DNA of 64,000 bases. Origin: Candidatus Latescibacterota bacterium (GTDB taxonomy: Bacteria > Latescibacterota > UBA2968). Below are positions 48,275 through 58,269 of this stretch, one piece after another. The translations under genes were made by a program, and so were the position numbers. Below the pieces are notes generated by a model. That model saw only the letters and a list, made by a program, of their open reading frames with translations, did not search any database and was not told where the DNA came from. How positions within the stretch are numbered: position 1 is the first letter of the stretch; each line of letters begins with the position of its first letter. Where the stretch lies: positions 64,001 through 128,000 of the forward strand of contig OZ241986.1 of the NCBI GenBank assembly GCA_965204375.1, given 5' to 3'.

Positions 48275-49039
48275 ATGGGTATGACAGATTATCAGGTTGA
48301 ACATTTTCATCGCAATGGATTCTTTTTTGTTTCAAATCCGCTGGACGATGATGCTATGTTCGAGATTGACCGACGCCAGCGAGCGGTTGAATCGGGGTGG
48401 TTACAGGCTGAGTGGGCAGAGGGTTTTAACCGGGGGGCTTGCCAGTTTTTTATGGTTGGCGAGCCGTTGTTGCAGGCGGTGGAGTGTCCGGAATTTGTGG
48501 GTATGGCGCAGCGCATTTTGGGGTGTGAAGATGTGCATGTGGGCGCGTGTGGGTTGGGCGATGCGTCGAAAATTGTGTCGGCAGATGGGCGTTTGCGCCA
48601 GCAGGTCCACTGGCATGCAGATGGGGGACCCGATGTACGGCAGGTGTCTATGCGTACGGCATTGGATCGACACGATCCATCCAATGCGCCGTTGCGCGTG
48701 TTGCCCGGGACCCATGTCAGATCGCGCGAGGAAGTCGAAGAAGAATTGCGACAAATCGAAATTGCCACCGGGCAGCACGATGAGATGCCCGAGTTGTTAT
48801 TTGCCTCACATCCCCGCGAGGTAGAAGTGATTCTGGATCCCCGATGGACGCTGGTGTGGACGCCGAGTTGCTGGCATGCGACAGGTGTGAAGACGGCGGC
48901 GGGGCCAAGACGTGCGATGGCGTGGAATTATTTTCCGAGTGAAGGTCGCAAGCGAGATGTGGAGGCACTGAAGTACGTGATTGAGGGGTGGGAGGATTGG
49001 TCCGATGATCGGAAGCGGTTATGGGGACTTGTGGCGTGA
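48275..49039 (+). CDS. Phytanoyl-CoA dioxygenase (PhyH) family protein
   Basis: WHAD, LRVLPGTH, WHA, RRA. Confidence 0.85.
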   Translation: MGMTDYQVEHFHRNGFFFVSNPLDDDAMFEIDRRQRAVESGWLQAEWAEGFNRGACQFFMVGEPLLQAVECPEFVGMAQRILGCEDVHVGACGLGDASKIVSADGRLRQQVHWHADGGPDVRQVSMRTALDRHDPSNAPLRVLPGTHVRSREEVEEELRQIEIATGQHDEMPELLFASHPREVEVILDPRWTLVWTPSCWHATGVKTAAGPRRAMAWNYFPSEGRKRDVEALKYVIEGWEDWSDDRKRLWGLVA

Positions 49040-49042
49040 GCG

Positions 49043-49147
49043 ATCCGCAGATGGACGCAGATGGACGCAGATGAAAAGGGATCACGGATGAAATGTATAG
49101 GTAGTGCGGGGAAATCCTGTTCATCCTTTCATCCTGAGAATCCTGAT
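49043..49147 (+). repeat. Composite element: 10-mer array (x3), spacer, 9-mer ATCCTGnnn array (x4)
   Basis: atccgcagatggacgcagatggacgcagatga ... aatcctgttcatcctttcatcctgagaatcctgat; fills the gap between two convergent stop codons. Confidence 0.85.
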
Positions 49148-49148
49148 C

Positions 49149-50294
49149 TTATTTTTGGGATGTAATTACCAGTGCGCCGATGGCATATATTCCACCGCCA
49201 ATGAGAAAAATCCAGTCCGACGGCAAATGTACCTGCTGCGTCATCCATCCGAGCATGGGACCTGTTGCAGAGCCGAAGTCAGATGCTGTTACGTATCCGG
49301 CAACTGAACGCGAACCGCGCATTCCTGCCTCGGCGTGCATTATTACCGTTGCGCCAACACCACATAAAAAAAATATCACCACGCACAAGATCAACAATCC
49401 CGTATTTGATGTGATTGACGCCGAGAATAGAGCCAACATCCCGATGCCAAAATAAATGGTCCCGCTCATCTTTCGCCCCAGCCGATCACTGATATGGCCC
49501 AGGAAGGGGGCACCGATCGCATCGGCAATCCATCGTGAAGATAGCAACAGGCCGTTTAATGTGGCTACGCCGATGACCATCCCTAACAGGTTCAGAGATG
49601 TGCCTACGGTTTCGACGAGGACCACCCCCAGGGTGGACATTAAAATGCCCGGCCCAACGCACCCAATCACAAATCCGCAAATCATTAATTTGGGTACCCA
49701 GCCCGAGTCCTCGACGCCTTCTTTATTTATATTTTTTTCGAAAACAGCGCGTCGCGCGATCCATCCCAGGGGTGTTCCCAGCAACGAGATGATGGCAAAT
49801 AAAAAGAGTGTGAGTGTAAATCCAATGATGTCGTGAGCCAGCCCGCCTAAAAAATTGCCTCCCACCGACCCGAGGCGCGATACGCCGTTGTAAAATCCCA
49901 TCCTGTGACCGATCATAGATGGCGGCGTGGTATCTACCACGGTCATCAAGCCAATCTGGCGTATAAATGACCAGGATAATCCCCAGAGCATGCGCGCAGT
50001 AAGCAAGATGGGAAAAGAGGTGGCTACGCCGTAAACGGCGGTTAATAAGGCTCCGAGAATCAGTGAACCTGTCATCAAAGCCGTCAGATTATAGCGTTGA
50101 CACAATTTTTCGGCCAGGGTGTTTGTTATCAGGCGCACCCAGCGATTTACCGAGAGGATGATGCCGACCTGATAAGGCATCAGTCCAATTTCGGCATAAT
50201 GCGTTGGCAACACGGAGTACAGCATTTGGTCGCCCAATAGCGAAAATGCCGTAGCCAGTGCAATAAATACGACCGCATGTGACGATTGCATCAT
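49149..50294 (-). CDS. MFS transporter
   Basis: About 12 hydrophobic segments; GHISDRLGRK motif A. Confidence 0.9.
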   Translation of the reverse strand: MMQSSHAVVFIALATAFSLLGDQMLYSVLPTHYAEIGLMPYQVGIILSVNRWVRLITNTLAEKLCQRYNLTALMTGSLILGALLTAVYGVATSFPILLTARMLWGLSWSFIRQIGLMTVVDTTPPSMIGHRMGFYNGVSRLGSVGGNFLGGLAHDIIGFTLTLFLFAIISLLGTPLGWIARRAVFEKNINKEGVEDSGWVPKLMICGFVIGCVGPGILMSTLGVVLVETVGTSLNLLGMVIGVATLNGLLLSSRWIADAIGAPFLGHISDRLGRKMSGTIYFGIGMLALFSASITSNTGLLILCVVIFFLCGVGATVIMHAEAGMRGSRSVAGYVTASDFGSATGPMLGWMTQQVHLPSDWIFLIGGGIYAIGALVITSQK

Positions 50295-51016
50295 GGATGA
50301 TGTTCGACATTTTCTCCGCGATGCTCGCCGTCGATAAATGCCTGCGTAAATGCCGTTACCTGTGTAACCGCATCTTCCACGAGTGCTGCACCGGCTTCTG
50401 CGGTGGCTTTTAGAGGTTCCTTATCTACTTGATCCTGCATTGCATCGTGGCGCACGTTTTCGGGCCACAGTGCCAGCGCGAATGCCGTTTCAAATTCCTG
50501 TGCGTGTCCCGGATAGCGTTTTGTTTTCAAATTTTGTTCGGCGACATCTTTTGACATGAGATCCCAGTAAGAAGTCCATTGCAGATTTACGTCGGGGCGG
50601 TCGATCTTGAAAAACAACCGCCATTGACCAAATATGCCCCGCAGGGGAGCTACATTGCCGCCGTGACCATTTAGCACAATGACATTTTTTACGCCATGAC
50701 GCACCAGGCTTTCGACTGCGTCAAATAATACGGCCAACCACGACCCGGGTTTTGCTGTCACGGTTCCTTTGTGTACCATGTGGTGTTCGGAGATGCCCAC
50801 TGCCATTGGTACATTGACAATTACCTGGGGATATAATCGTTTGGCGGCTTCTACCGCGACATGGGTTGACGAAGCGGTGTCGTGTTCCATTGCCAGGTGC
50901 TCTAAATGCTGCTCGTTGCTTCCCACCGGTATAATCGCCGTTTGAAATTCTCCGCGTTCCAGTGCTTCCCGAAACTCGCGTCGCGTCAATTTTGCCAGCA
51001 GAACTTGTTCGCTCAT
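50291..51016 (-). CDS. Creatininase family amidohydrolase
   Basis: PVGSNEQH..HL...D, NGHGGN, HAQEFET. Confidence 0.92.
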   Translation of the reverse strand: MSEQVLLAKLTRREFREALERGEFQTAIIPVGSNEQHLEHLAMEHDTASSTHVAVEAAKRLYPQVIVNVPMAVGISEHHMVHKGTVTAKPGSWLAVLFDAVESLVRHGVKNVIVLNGHGGNVAPLRGIFGQWRLFFKIDRPDVNLQWTSYWDLMSKDVAEQNLKTKRYPGHAQEFETAFALALWPENVRHDAMQDQVDKEPLKATAEAGAALVEDAVTQVTAFTQAFIDGEHRGENVEHHP

Positions 51017-51744
51017 CGCGTTTCTCCTTGTGTTGTTTGTGTATAATATTCATCGGGTTGGTCAGATGTTACCACTGCGCCATTTTGTGTCCGGATTAAC
51101 CCCTTCATCGCCCTGTACATGACGTAAATCGAAATGGCTGCCCAAACAAATGCAATTGGATATGCCAGGATCTCTATGCCGAAATACCGCGCCAAAATCC
51201 CCGCATCGGTGCGTTCTGTCTGCATCCACAAATCCGTGCGAAAATCGTACAAGCTGTACAAACACAAGACTATACCCGTCCACGTTGCCAGCACATGGGA
51301 TAAGCGACCAAATCGAATCGTTACGACAATCAGTACGAGACCGCAGGTTGCGCCAAACCAGAAATCGAGTGTCCCAAATGGCGTGTACAGTGCAGCCATT
51401 CCAATTTGCAGAATACCGATCAATCCGAGCAATATTCTTTGCGTGCCCAGCCATCGGCCCGTGTAAATCAGCAATGCACCGAGAATGGCCGATCCCACAT
51501 AACCCGCTGAACTGATGAGTGGAAATATGCCCCCTCGGCTGATCACATGCCCCGACTCATTCCACCGTACGCGCAGTTCCTCTACTTCACCACCTGTTGC
51601 AATCGCCATACTCGCATGGCCCATTTCGTGTATCCACACCACAAATACGCGAAATGGTTTTATCACGGGCGTGTCCCACAATGCCAGTGCGATAACCGCC
51701 AATAGCAGATGCAACCAGAATGTTCTTATTATGATCATTGCCAA
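51013..51744 (-). CDS. M50B-like membrane metallopeptidase
   Basis: HEMGH, AGY, TDA; hydrophobic. Confidence 0.85.
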   Translation of the reverse strand: MAMIIIRTFWLHLLLAVIALALWDTPVIKPFRVFVVWIHEMGHASMAIATGGEVEELRVRWNESGHVISRGGIFPLISSAGYVGSAILGALLIYTGRWLGTQRILLGLIGILQIGMAALYTPFGTLDFWFGATCGLVLIVVTIRFGRLSHVLATWTGIVLCLYSLYDFRTDLWMQTERTDAGILARYFGIEILAYPIAFVWAAISIYVMYRAMKGLIRTQNGAVVTSDQPDEYYTQTTQGETR

Positions 51745-51751
51745 TACAAAC

Positions 51752-52726
51752 CTATCGTCCAGATTCCAGGTTTACGGAAACGGCGTCCAATTTATCTCGC
51801 AATGCGGCGTCCAGTACCCATCCCACGCCTCCGATATTGTCCTCTAAATGCGCGATGGTGTCGCCACCTGTAATTGCCACGGTTACTTCGGGATGCGACA
51901 GGACCCATGATAGGGCGACTTGTCCCGGCGTTTTATCCAGTTCATCTGCTATATCAAACAGGGTTGTTAGCACTTTTCCCTCTGCGCCTGCCATCATGGT
52001 TTCGTATTGGTCCATTCGGCGTTTTGCCCACAGCGAACCTTCGGGCGGAGGCGCGTCGGGTTTGTAAAACCCGCTCAATAGTCCCACGGCTAATGGACTG
52101 TAAACCATTATTCCCAGACCCTCGCTTCGCACAAAGGGAAAAATTTCCCGCTCCAGTTCGCGGTGTAGGAGATTGTATGGATTTTGCATGCACATATACG
52201 GTACCAGATTCAATGCGTGTTGAATCCAGAGTGCTTTGCACGCTTGCCATGCCGAATGGTTACAACACCCGATATAGCGCACTTTGCCCTGATGCACCAG
52301 GTCGTCCAATGCGCGTGCGGTTTCTTCAATCGGTGTCGATTCATCGAAGTTATGTACGAGATACACGTCGATATGATCGGTATCCAATCGGTTCAGCGAG
52401 CGCTCCACTTCCCGCATGATGTGATAGCGGGATAGACCCTGATCATTTGGTCCCGTGCCTATGCGGCTAAATACTTTCGAGGTAATTACCACATCGTCTC
52501 GCTTGCCCTTCAAGGCTTTGCCCAACACCACTTCTGAACGCCCGATATGCGTGCGATCATCACCGGGACCATAGGTGTTGGCGCAGTCGATCAGGCTTAT
52601 GCCCAGGTCTATCGCCCGCTCAATAACCCTTTGTCCTTCTGCCTCGTCTGCCTGTCCGCGAAATCCCAGACCCAGTGCCAGCCGACTTACTTTCACACCT
52701 GCTGAACCAAAGTTGACATATTCCAT
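51752..52726 (-). CDS. Aldo/keto reductase
   Basis: DCANTY, ITSK, SLNRLDTDHID, YSPLAVG. Confidence 0.93.
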   Translation of the reverse strand: MEYVNFGSAGVKVSRLALGLGFRGQADEAEGQRVIERAIDLGISLIDCANTYGPGDDRTHIGRSEVVLGKALKGKRDDVVITSKVFSRIGTGPNDQGLSRYHIMREVERSLNRLDTDHIDVYLVHNFDESTPIEETARALDDLVHQGKVRYIGCCNHSAWQACKALWIQHALNLVPYMCMQNPYNLLHRELEREIFPFVRSEGLGIMVYSPLAVGLLSGFYKPDAPPPEGSLWAKRRMDQYETMMAGAEGKVLTTLFDIADELDKTPGQVALSWVLSHPEVTVAITGGDTIAHLEDNIGGVGWVLDAALRDKLDAVSVNLESGR

Positions 52727-52748
52727 AATATCTGCTCCCATTAATTAT

Positions 52749-54056
52749 TCATATTTTTGCCAGTAAGACCGGTGCGAGTTTGTCTCGTGTTTTGTGTGCC
52801 CAGGCTTGCAGGTGAGTTTTCAAATTTGCGACGGTTTCAGAGCTTGCCATCTCTTGCCAGCGGTTTTGCCGTTCCCCCGGGTCGCTGGGCAAGTGATACA
52901 GTTCGGGTTTCCTAACGGTTGATAAAATTAGTTTCCAATCGTCTGATACCACACACCGCTCTTCTCCTTTATCGAGTTCGGGCTGATTGGGACCTTCGCC
53001 TTTTTTATCGATAAATGGCGTATTTACTATGATGAGTGCTTCGCGTCCTGTTTTGCCACCCTGTCGGATTGAATCGCTGAGGTCTATACCATCGAGGCCC
53101 TCGGAGACTGCATATCCCAGGAGGCCGAGGATTGTCGGTATCAAATCGACCGAACTGATGAGGGTTTCGCCGATTCCACCGCTGGCAATTGCCGTGGGGA
53201 ATCGCATGAGCAGAGGGATGCGTGCGACAATATCATAACAGAGGCGTTTGCTGTGGTCATTCCACCGGTGGTCAAAGAGGTGACCGTGTTCGGAGGTAAA
53301 AACAACGAGGGTATTTTCTGCCATTCCTTTGTCATCGAGTGTTTTCAACAGGTCGCCAACTGCATCGTCAATCGCTGTACACATCGCGTAGTATTTGCGC
53401 CGTTTTTCGTCCTCGGGATAGAGTTTTTGATAAAGTGCTTCGTATTTTTCAGGGACGGAATAAGGCGGATGAGGGGGATAATAGGACACATAAGCACAGA
53501 ATGGACGCGCGTCCTCTTTGCGAATAAAGTCAATGGCGTCTTGTGCCAGCACATCCGTTTGGTACACTTTTTTTTCGTCGATGGTGTAATAATGCCCTTG
53601 TCCCCGTCCGTCGCGGGGATATGTGGGCATTGTCTCCCAGACGTCTCGTGCGGGATCTCCCAGATGCCATTTGCCAAAGTAGGCACACCGATATCCCACA
53701 GCTTTGAGGAAATCGGGAAAAAGCGGTATTTCTGGATCTATATCCCATGTGTTTTCGAGCACGCCGTGATTGTGCGGATAAAGGCCCGAGAAAATTGTGC
53801 CGCGATTTGGCGCGCAGACGGGTTGTGCGGCGTAAGCTCTGTCGAATCGCATTCCGTCCGATGCCAACCGATCCAAATTGGGTGTTATAATGCCCTTTTT
53901 TCCATAACATCCCACGCCATCCCGGCGCTGTTGGTCCGTTAAGATGAATAGCAGATTGGGTTTTGGTTCTGCGGTAGTCTTGCTCATCATCGACAATCCC
54001 ACAGCCGTGCTGCCCACAGTTCCTACGAAATCTCTCCGCGATACATTTTTTTTCAT
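52749..54056 (-). CDS. Tat-exported sulfatase
   Basis: SRRDFV twin-arginine signal; CAPNR; GKWHLG. Confidence 0.92.
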   Translation of the reverse strand: MKKNVSRRDFVGTVGSTAVGLSMMSKTTAEPKPNLLFILTDQQRRDGVGCYGKKGIITPNLDRLASDGMRFDRAYAAQPVCAPNRGTIFSGLYPHNHGVLENTWDIDPEIPLFPDFLKAVGYRCAYFGKWHLGDPARDVWETMPTYPRDGRGQGHYYTIDEKKVYQTDVLAQDAIDFIRKEDARPFCAYVSYYPPHPPYSVPEKYEALYQKLYPEDEKRRKYYAMCTAIDDAVGDLLKTLDDKGMAENTLVVFTSEHGHLFDHRWNDHSKRLCYDIVARIPLLMRFPTAIASGGIGETLISSVDLIPTILGLLGYAVSEGLDGIDLSDSIRQGGKTGREALIIVNTPFIDKKGEGPNQPELDKGEERCVVSDDWKLILSTVRKPELYHLPSDPGERQNRWQEMASSETVANLKTHLQAWAHKTRDKLAPVLLAKI

Positions 54057-54057
54057 A

Positions 54058-55071
54058 TCAATTCCCATCACATTTCACCAGTCGCTTGCCAATATTATCA
54101 CCTCGCAGCATGCCGATAAATGCACGTGGCGCGTTTTCCAATCCCTCGACAATATCTTCCCGGTAATTGAGCCGGCCTTCCTTTAACCAGACCGACATTT
54201 GCTGTAATCCTTCGGCGTGTTGATCGGCGAAATCACCCACCAAGAATCCCTGCATTCGCAACCGCTTGCCAATAAAGCCACTCATCATCCGAGGTCCCAT
54301 TTCCGGTTCGATGAGGTTGTATTGCGATATTTGCCCGCAAACGGAAATTCGACCCCACATGTTCATGAGGGAAAAAACCGCATCGGTAATGCTTCCGCCC
54401 ACGTTGTCAAAATACACATCTACGCCATTGGGGCATAAGCGTTGCAATTCGGCGCGGTAATCCGCTGTGGTTTTGTAGTTGAATGCGCCATCAAAACCCA
54501 GACCGTCAATGGCATAGTTCACTTTTTCATCGCTGCCGGCTATGCCAATGGCGCGGCAGCCTTTGATTTTTGCAATTTGCCCGACCAGCGATCCCACAGC
54601 ACCGGCTGCTGCCGAGACCACGACGGTCTCGGCAGCTTTGGGTTTGCCGACTTCTAATAAGCCAAAATAAGCTGTCAATCCCGGCATGCCGAGAATGCCG
54701 AGTGCGGTTGAAACGGGTCCCAGTGAAGGATCTATTTTTCGGAGGCTCTGTGCTGAAGAAACCGCGTAAGCCTGCCATCCGTGATCTGCCCAGACAATAT
54801 CTCCGGGCTGAAACTCAGAATGGTTGGATGCAATTACTTTGCTTACACTCCGTCCAATCATAACCGCACCAATTTCTACATTTGGCGCGTAGGATTTTCG
54901 ATCATTGATGCGCCCGCGCATGTAGGGATCAACGGAGAGGTACTGCGTTTTCAAGAGCAGTTCCCCTTCGCCGGGTTCGGGAATGGGCGATTCTTGAATT
55001 GAGAAATCGGATGTTTTGGGATATCCGACTGGACGCGCTGCCAATCGAATTTGAATATTTTTCTCTGCCAT
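54058..55071 (-). CDS. NADP-dependent MDR oxidoreductase (paralog of 47255-48256)
   Basis: SVDPYMRGR, GMPGLTAYFGL, AAGAVG, DNVGG. Confidence 0.93.
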   Translation of the reverse strand: MAEKNIQIRLAARPVGYPKTSDFSIQESPIPEPGEGELLLKTQYLSVDPYMRGRINDRKSYAPNVEIGAVMIGRSVSKVIASNHSEFQPGDIVWADHGWQAYAVSSAQSLRKIDPSLGPVSTALGILGMPGLTAYFGLLEVGKPKAAETVVVSAAAGAVGSLVGQIAKIKGCRAIGIAGSDEKVNYAIDGLGFDGAFNYKTTADYRAELQRLCPNGVDVYFDNVGGSITDAVFSLMNMWGRISVCGQISQYNLIEPEMGPRMMSGFIGKRLRMQGFLVGDFADQHAEGLQQMSVWLKEGRLNYREDIVEGLENAPRAFIGMLRGDNIGKRLVKCDGN

Positions 55072-55082
55072 ATTAACTCCAT

Positions 55083-55210
55083 ATCAAAATTTTTAGGATA
55101 AAAGAATGGGCAGGATTCCCCTCATCGCCACTGCCAGTAAACTGCTTTTGTCCATTTTTCATCTGCATTCATCTGCATTCATCTGCGTGCATCTGCGTGC
55201 ATCTGCGGAT
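55083..55210 (-). repeat. Composite element: 10-mer array (x5, 55159-55210), spacer, degenerate 9-mer array (55083-55117)
   Basis: Begins at the uxuA stop codon; same layout as 49043-49147. Confidence 0.82.
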
Positions 55211-56238
55211 CATTCTGCATAGACCGCTTCTCGCAAGCCCTTTAAATATCCGACGGCGAATAGTCGCGCGATGCCTTGCTCGTCGCCAAATTGCTCGTCT
55301 CCCATTTTGGGATAGTGGTCTGGCCGGCACACGCCATCAAATCCAGTGTCTCGATATGCGCGCAAACATTCGACGAGGTCTGTTTTTCCATCGTCGTGAA
55401 ATGTCTCTTCAAATTTATCGGGTTGGCCGACGACATCGCGGATGTGTAAGAAATGGATTTTTTTCTGTTCGCCAAAGTGCCGGATGACCGAGGGCAAATC
55501 GTCTGTCATCAGTGTAAAATTGCCTTGGCAAAGCCCAATGCCATTCATCGGACTCGGTACGAGATCAACGAGTTTTTGGTAATTTTCTACGCTGCTCATA
55601 ATGCGCGCAATGCCGCGGATGGGCGACAGCGGTGGGTCGTCGGGGTGCAGGGCCAGTTTGACGTTGGCTTCTTCGGCCACGGGTACAACGCGCTCGAGAA
55701 AATACTTCAGATTGGCCCACTGTTGTTCCTCTGTCACGGTTTCCGTGGAGATCTCTTGCTGGGCTATTGATTCGCCGTCAATATTGCGTATGGGACGCTC
55801 GGCGGGATCGCCTTGCGATCCCAGGGCATTGAGATCAAATCCACTTACATGCGCGCCGCCCCGAGATGAAATGGATCGGGATGTACGCATGACTCCCAGA
55901 ATGGGCATCCACGCATAACACCACACGGGGATTTCGAGTTTGCCCATGTTCCGAAGCAATTCACAGACCACCTCAATTTCCTCGTCTCGCCCGGATAATC
56001 CCAGTTTGATCTTTTCCATGGGCGGCCGCGATTCGATGACCTCAAGAGGTATTCCGGCCGCTTCGTAAGCGGCTTTTGCTTGTGCCAGCGATGTGTAACT
56101 CCATGGCTGTTCTTCTGGCTCTGCGTCCGGTTTTGGGCGCAGTGTTATGCCTCCAACCGCGCCTTCGACCCCACATTGTTTCATGAGTGTCCACCTCTGA
56201 CTGGCTTGTGGCGGTGCCAGGATAGCAATTCTCAGCAT
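55210..56238 (-). CDS. uxuA: Mannonate dehydratase family protein
   Basis: [32 protein letters not shown]. Confidence 0.85.
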   Translation of the reverse strand: MLRIAILAPPQASQRWTLMKQCGVEGAVGGITLRPKPDAEPEEQPWSYTSLAQAKAAYEAAGIPLEVIESRPPMEKIKLGLSGRDEEIEVVCELLRNMGKLEIPVWCYAWMPILGVMRTSRSISSRGGAHVSGFDLNALGSQGDPAERPIRNIDGESIAQQEISTETVTEEQQWANLKYFLERVVPVAEEANVKLALHPDDPPLSPIRGIARIMSSVENYQKLVDLVPSPMNGIGLCQGNFTLMTDDLPSVIRHFGEQKKIHFLHIRDVVGQPDKFEETFHDDGKTDLVECLRAYRDTGFDGVCRPDHYPKMGDEQFGDEQGIARLFAVGYLKGLREAVYAE

Positions 56239-56428
56239 GACTATTTCCTTTCGCTGTTGGTGTTTTTGCCATTTTTATCGCTGTCCAATATATGCAGACC
56301 GGATGCGACATGCCATAAAAAACCCATCGCTAGGAGCGCGATCTAAAAGGCTTTTGAGAAGCTGTGCTCTTGCATATATTGACAATGATAAAAGGCGATC
56401 ACTTCTCGGCATACAAGGAGGCTCTGCT

Positions 56429-57535
56429 ATGACCTGTTGGAAAATTCTCGCTGTCATCCTGTTGATTACACCACCTCTGTTTGCTCAGGAGCAATCTGAG
56501 AATCGCTACCAGAGCGCGGCGGAGCGTTTTTTTGCGCGCAATGACAAAAATAAAGACGGCAAATTGTCGCGGGAGGAATTTCCCGAACGACAGCGCCGTC
56601 TGTTTGAGCGAATTGACACAGATAAAGATGGCTTTGTCACACTCGAAGAAGATATTTTTTTTCGCAACAATAGACGGAGGAATACCGTGAATATTCCAGA
56701 AGGTGTAACTGTCCACCGAGATCTGATCTACGGACGGGTTGGGGAGAGAGAGCTTCCCCTCGATCTCTATCTTCCGCCCGATATATCATCCCCTGTGCCC
56801 GTGGTGATATGGGTTCACGGGGGCGGTTGGCGTGGGGGATCTAAAGGCAATGGCGGGCGGGCACTCAATATGACCACACGCGGATTTGCCGTTGTTGATG
56901 TGGAATATCGACTCAGCGGCGAAGCCCTCTTTCCAGCGCAAATAGAAGACTGCAAAACAGCCGTGCGCTGGGTGAGAGCAAATGCAAAAAAATACAATCT
57001 CGATCCCGACCGCATCGGCGCATGGGGATCGTCTGCTGGCGGTCATCTCGTAGCGATGATGGGTTTAACGCATGATGAAAATGTATTTGAGACGGATGAT
57101 CACAGACAATATTCGAGTCAGGTGCAGGTGATATGCAACTGGTTTGGTCCTACAGATTTTTTGCGTATGAATGATTTTGAAGGCCGAATTGATCACGACG
57201 CAGCCGATTCTCCCGAGTCCAGGCTCATTGGTGGTCCTATCCAGGAAAATAAGGAGAAAGTCGCTGCGGCTAATCCCATTACTTATGTCAGCAAAAACGA
57301 TCCGCCTATGCTCATCATACATGGGGAAAAAGATCTGTCGGTTCCGTATAACCAGAGTGAGTTGCTCTATGCTGCGATGCAAAAAGCGGGTTTGGATGTC
57401 GCGCTCTACAAGGTTGTCAATGCCGATCACGGCTTTCGCAATGCCACGCAAGATAGCGCGGCATCGCTCTTTGAAATGTCCGCTCAATTTTTAGAAAAGC
57501 ACCTCAAACCCCAAACGGATACCGCATCGCCATAA
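56429..57535 (+). CDS. Secreted EF-hand plus alpha/beta hydrolase (esterase)
   Basis: Signal peptide; [12 protein letters not shown] and [12 protein letters not shown]; HGGGW, GSSAG, HGEKD, H; AAGGAGG RBS. Confidence 0.9.
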   Translation: MTCWKILAVILLITPPLFAQEQSENRYQSAAERFFARNDKNKDGKLSREEFPERQRRLFERIDTDKDGFVTLEEDIFFRNNRRRNTVNIPEGVTVHRDLIYGRVGERELPLDLYLPPDISSPVPVVIWVHGGGWRGGSKGNGGRALNMTTRGFAVVDVEYRLSGEALFPAQIEDCKTAVRWVRANAKKYNLDPDRIGAWGSSAGGHLVAMMGLTHDENVFETDDHRQYSSQVQVICNWFGPTDFLRMNDFEGRIDHDAADSPESRLIGGPIQENKEKVAAANPITYVSKNDPPMLIIHGEKDLSVPYNQSELLYAAMQKAGLDVALYKVVNADHGFRNATQDSAASLFEMSAQFLEKHLKPQTDTASP

Positions 57536-57554
57536 GGGCATAATGTGAATGAAT

Positions 57555-57593
57555 AAGCCCTGGAGAATTCAATCTCCAGGGCTTTTGTTTTTT
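57555..57593 (+). terminator. Intrinsic terminator
   Basis: AAGCCCTGGAGA/TCTCCAGGGCTT followed by a T-run. Confidence 0.85.
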
Positions 57594-57621
57594 AAAGTAC
57601 AGACATTCAGACCGTAGTCAG

Positions 57622-58248
57622 TTAACGAAACTCCAAACTCGCCACAATTTGCTCATATTCGGTTAGTGGATAGCCGGCATCTCGGCTGCCATTGCCGATC
57701 ATGTAATACCCCACCCCATTGTGGATGGCTATGGCTACGAGAAATCGGGTGCCGGGATATGCCCGGTTGGAGCGTTCTATTTGAGAATAGCGGAATTGCC
57801 ACTGAATCGCCTCGCCCACCTTGAGTTGGATGCGATGTTTTTCGCCGATAACGCGATATTGATCAAATGCTGGTATCAGAAACCGGTCTTCAAACGCCTG
57901 AACGAGTTGATCCAGTGTCATTGTGTTGAATTCGGCTCGTAGTGCTTGTGGCTCCAGGCGCATTTGCGGGCGAAAGTCACCTGTAATTCCAGGGCTGAGA
58001 ATGCGTACGGTTACGGGCGATAAACCATTGATGTCTCTTTGTGATGTAATAGTTGCGACATCGATACCCCACTGTTCGCTGGGACGACTGACTCGAAATC
58101 CCCATGAGTTGTTGGTATAAACAAGCCCGTCTAAACTGGGTTCAGGCTCTGTGGGGATTGGTTTACACCCAGAAGTTACCAGCAGGCTACACAGGGCCAA
58201 AGCGCAAAATATTCGGACGTGTATCATATCGATCTCCTTTTCGATCAA
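57622..58248 (-). CDS. Hypothetical lipoprotein (possibly PsbP/Mog1-like fold)
   Basis: Lipobox TSGC; YTNNSWGFRVSRP...YEQIVASLEF pattern; start may be at the second Met. Confidence 0.7.
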   Translation of the reverse strand: MIEKEIDMIHVRIFCALALCSLLVTSGCKPIPTEPEPSLDGLVYTNNSWGFRVSRPSEQWGIDVATITSQRDINGLSPVTVRILSPGITGDFRPQMRLEPQALRAEFNTMTLDQLVQAFEDRFLIPAFDQYRVIGEKHRIQLKVGEAIQWQFRYSQIERSNRAYPGTRFLVAIAIHNGVGYYMIGNGSRDAGYPLTEYEQIVASLEFR

Positions 58249-58269
58249 TCGCGAAAGCAGACAAGTACT

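Noticed and set aside
47255-55071. Inverted MDR paralogs as an invertible segment
   Set aside because: Synonymous sites are diverged, there are no long identical tracts and no recombinase is nearby; this looks like an old duplication.
55159-55210. 10-mer arrays as CRISPR
   Set aside because: Units are contiguous 10-mers without spacers, and there are no cas genes.
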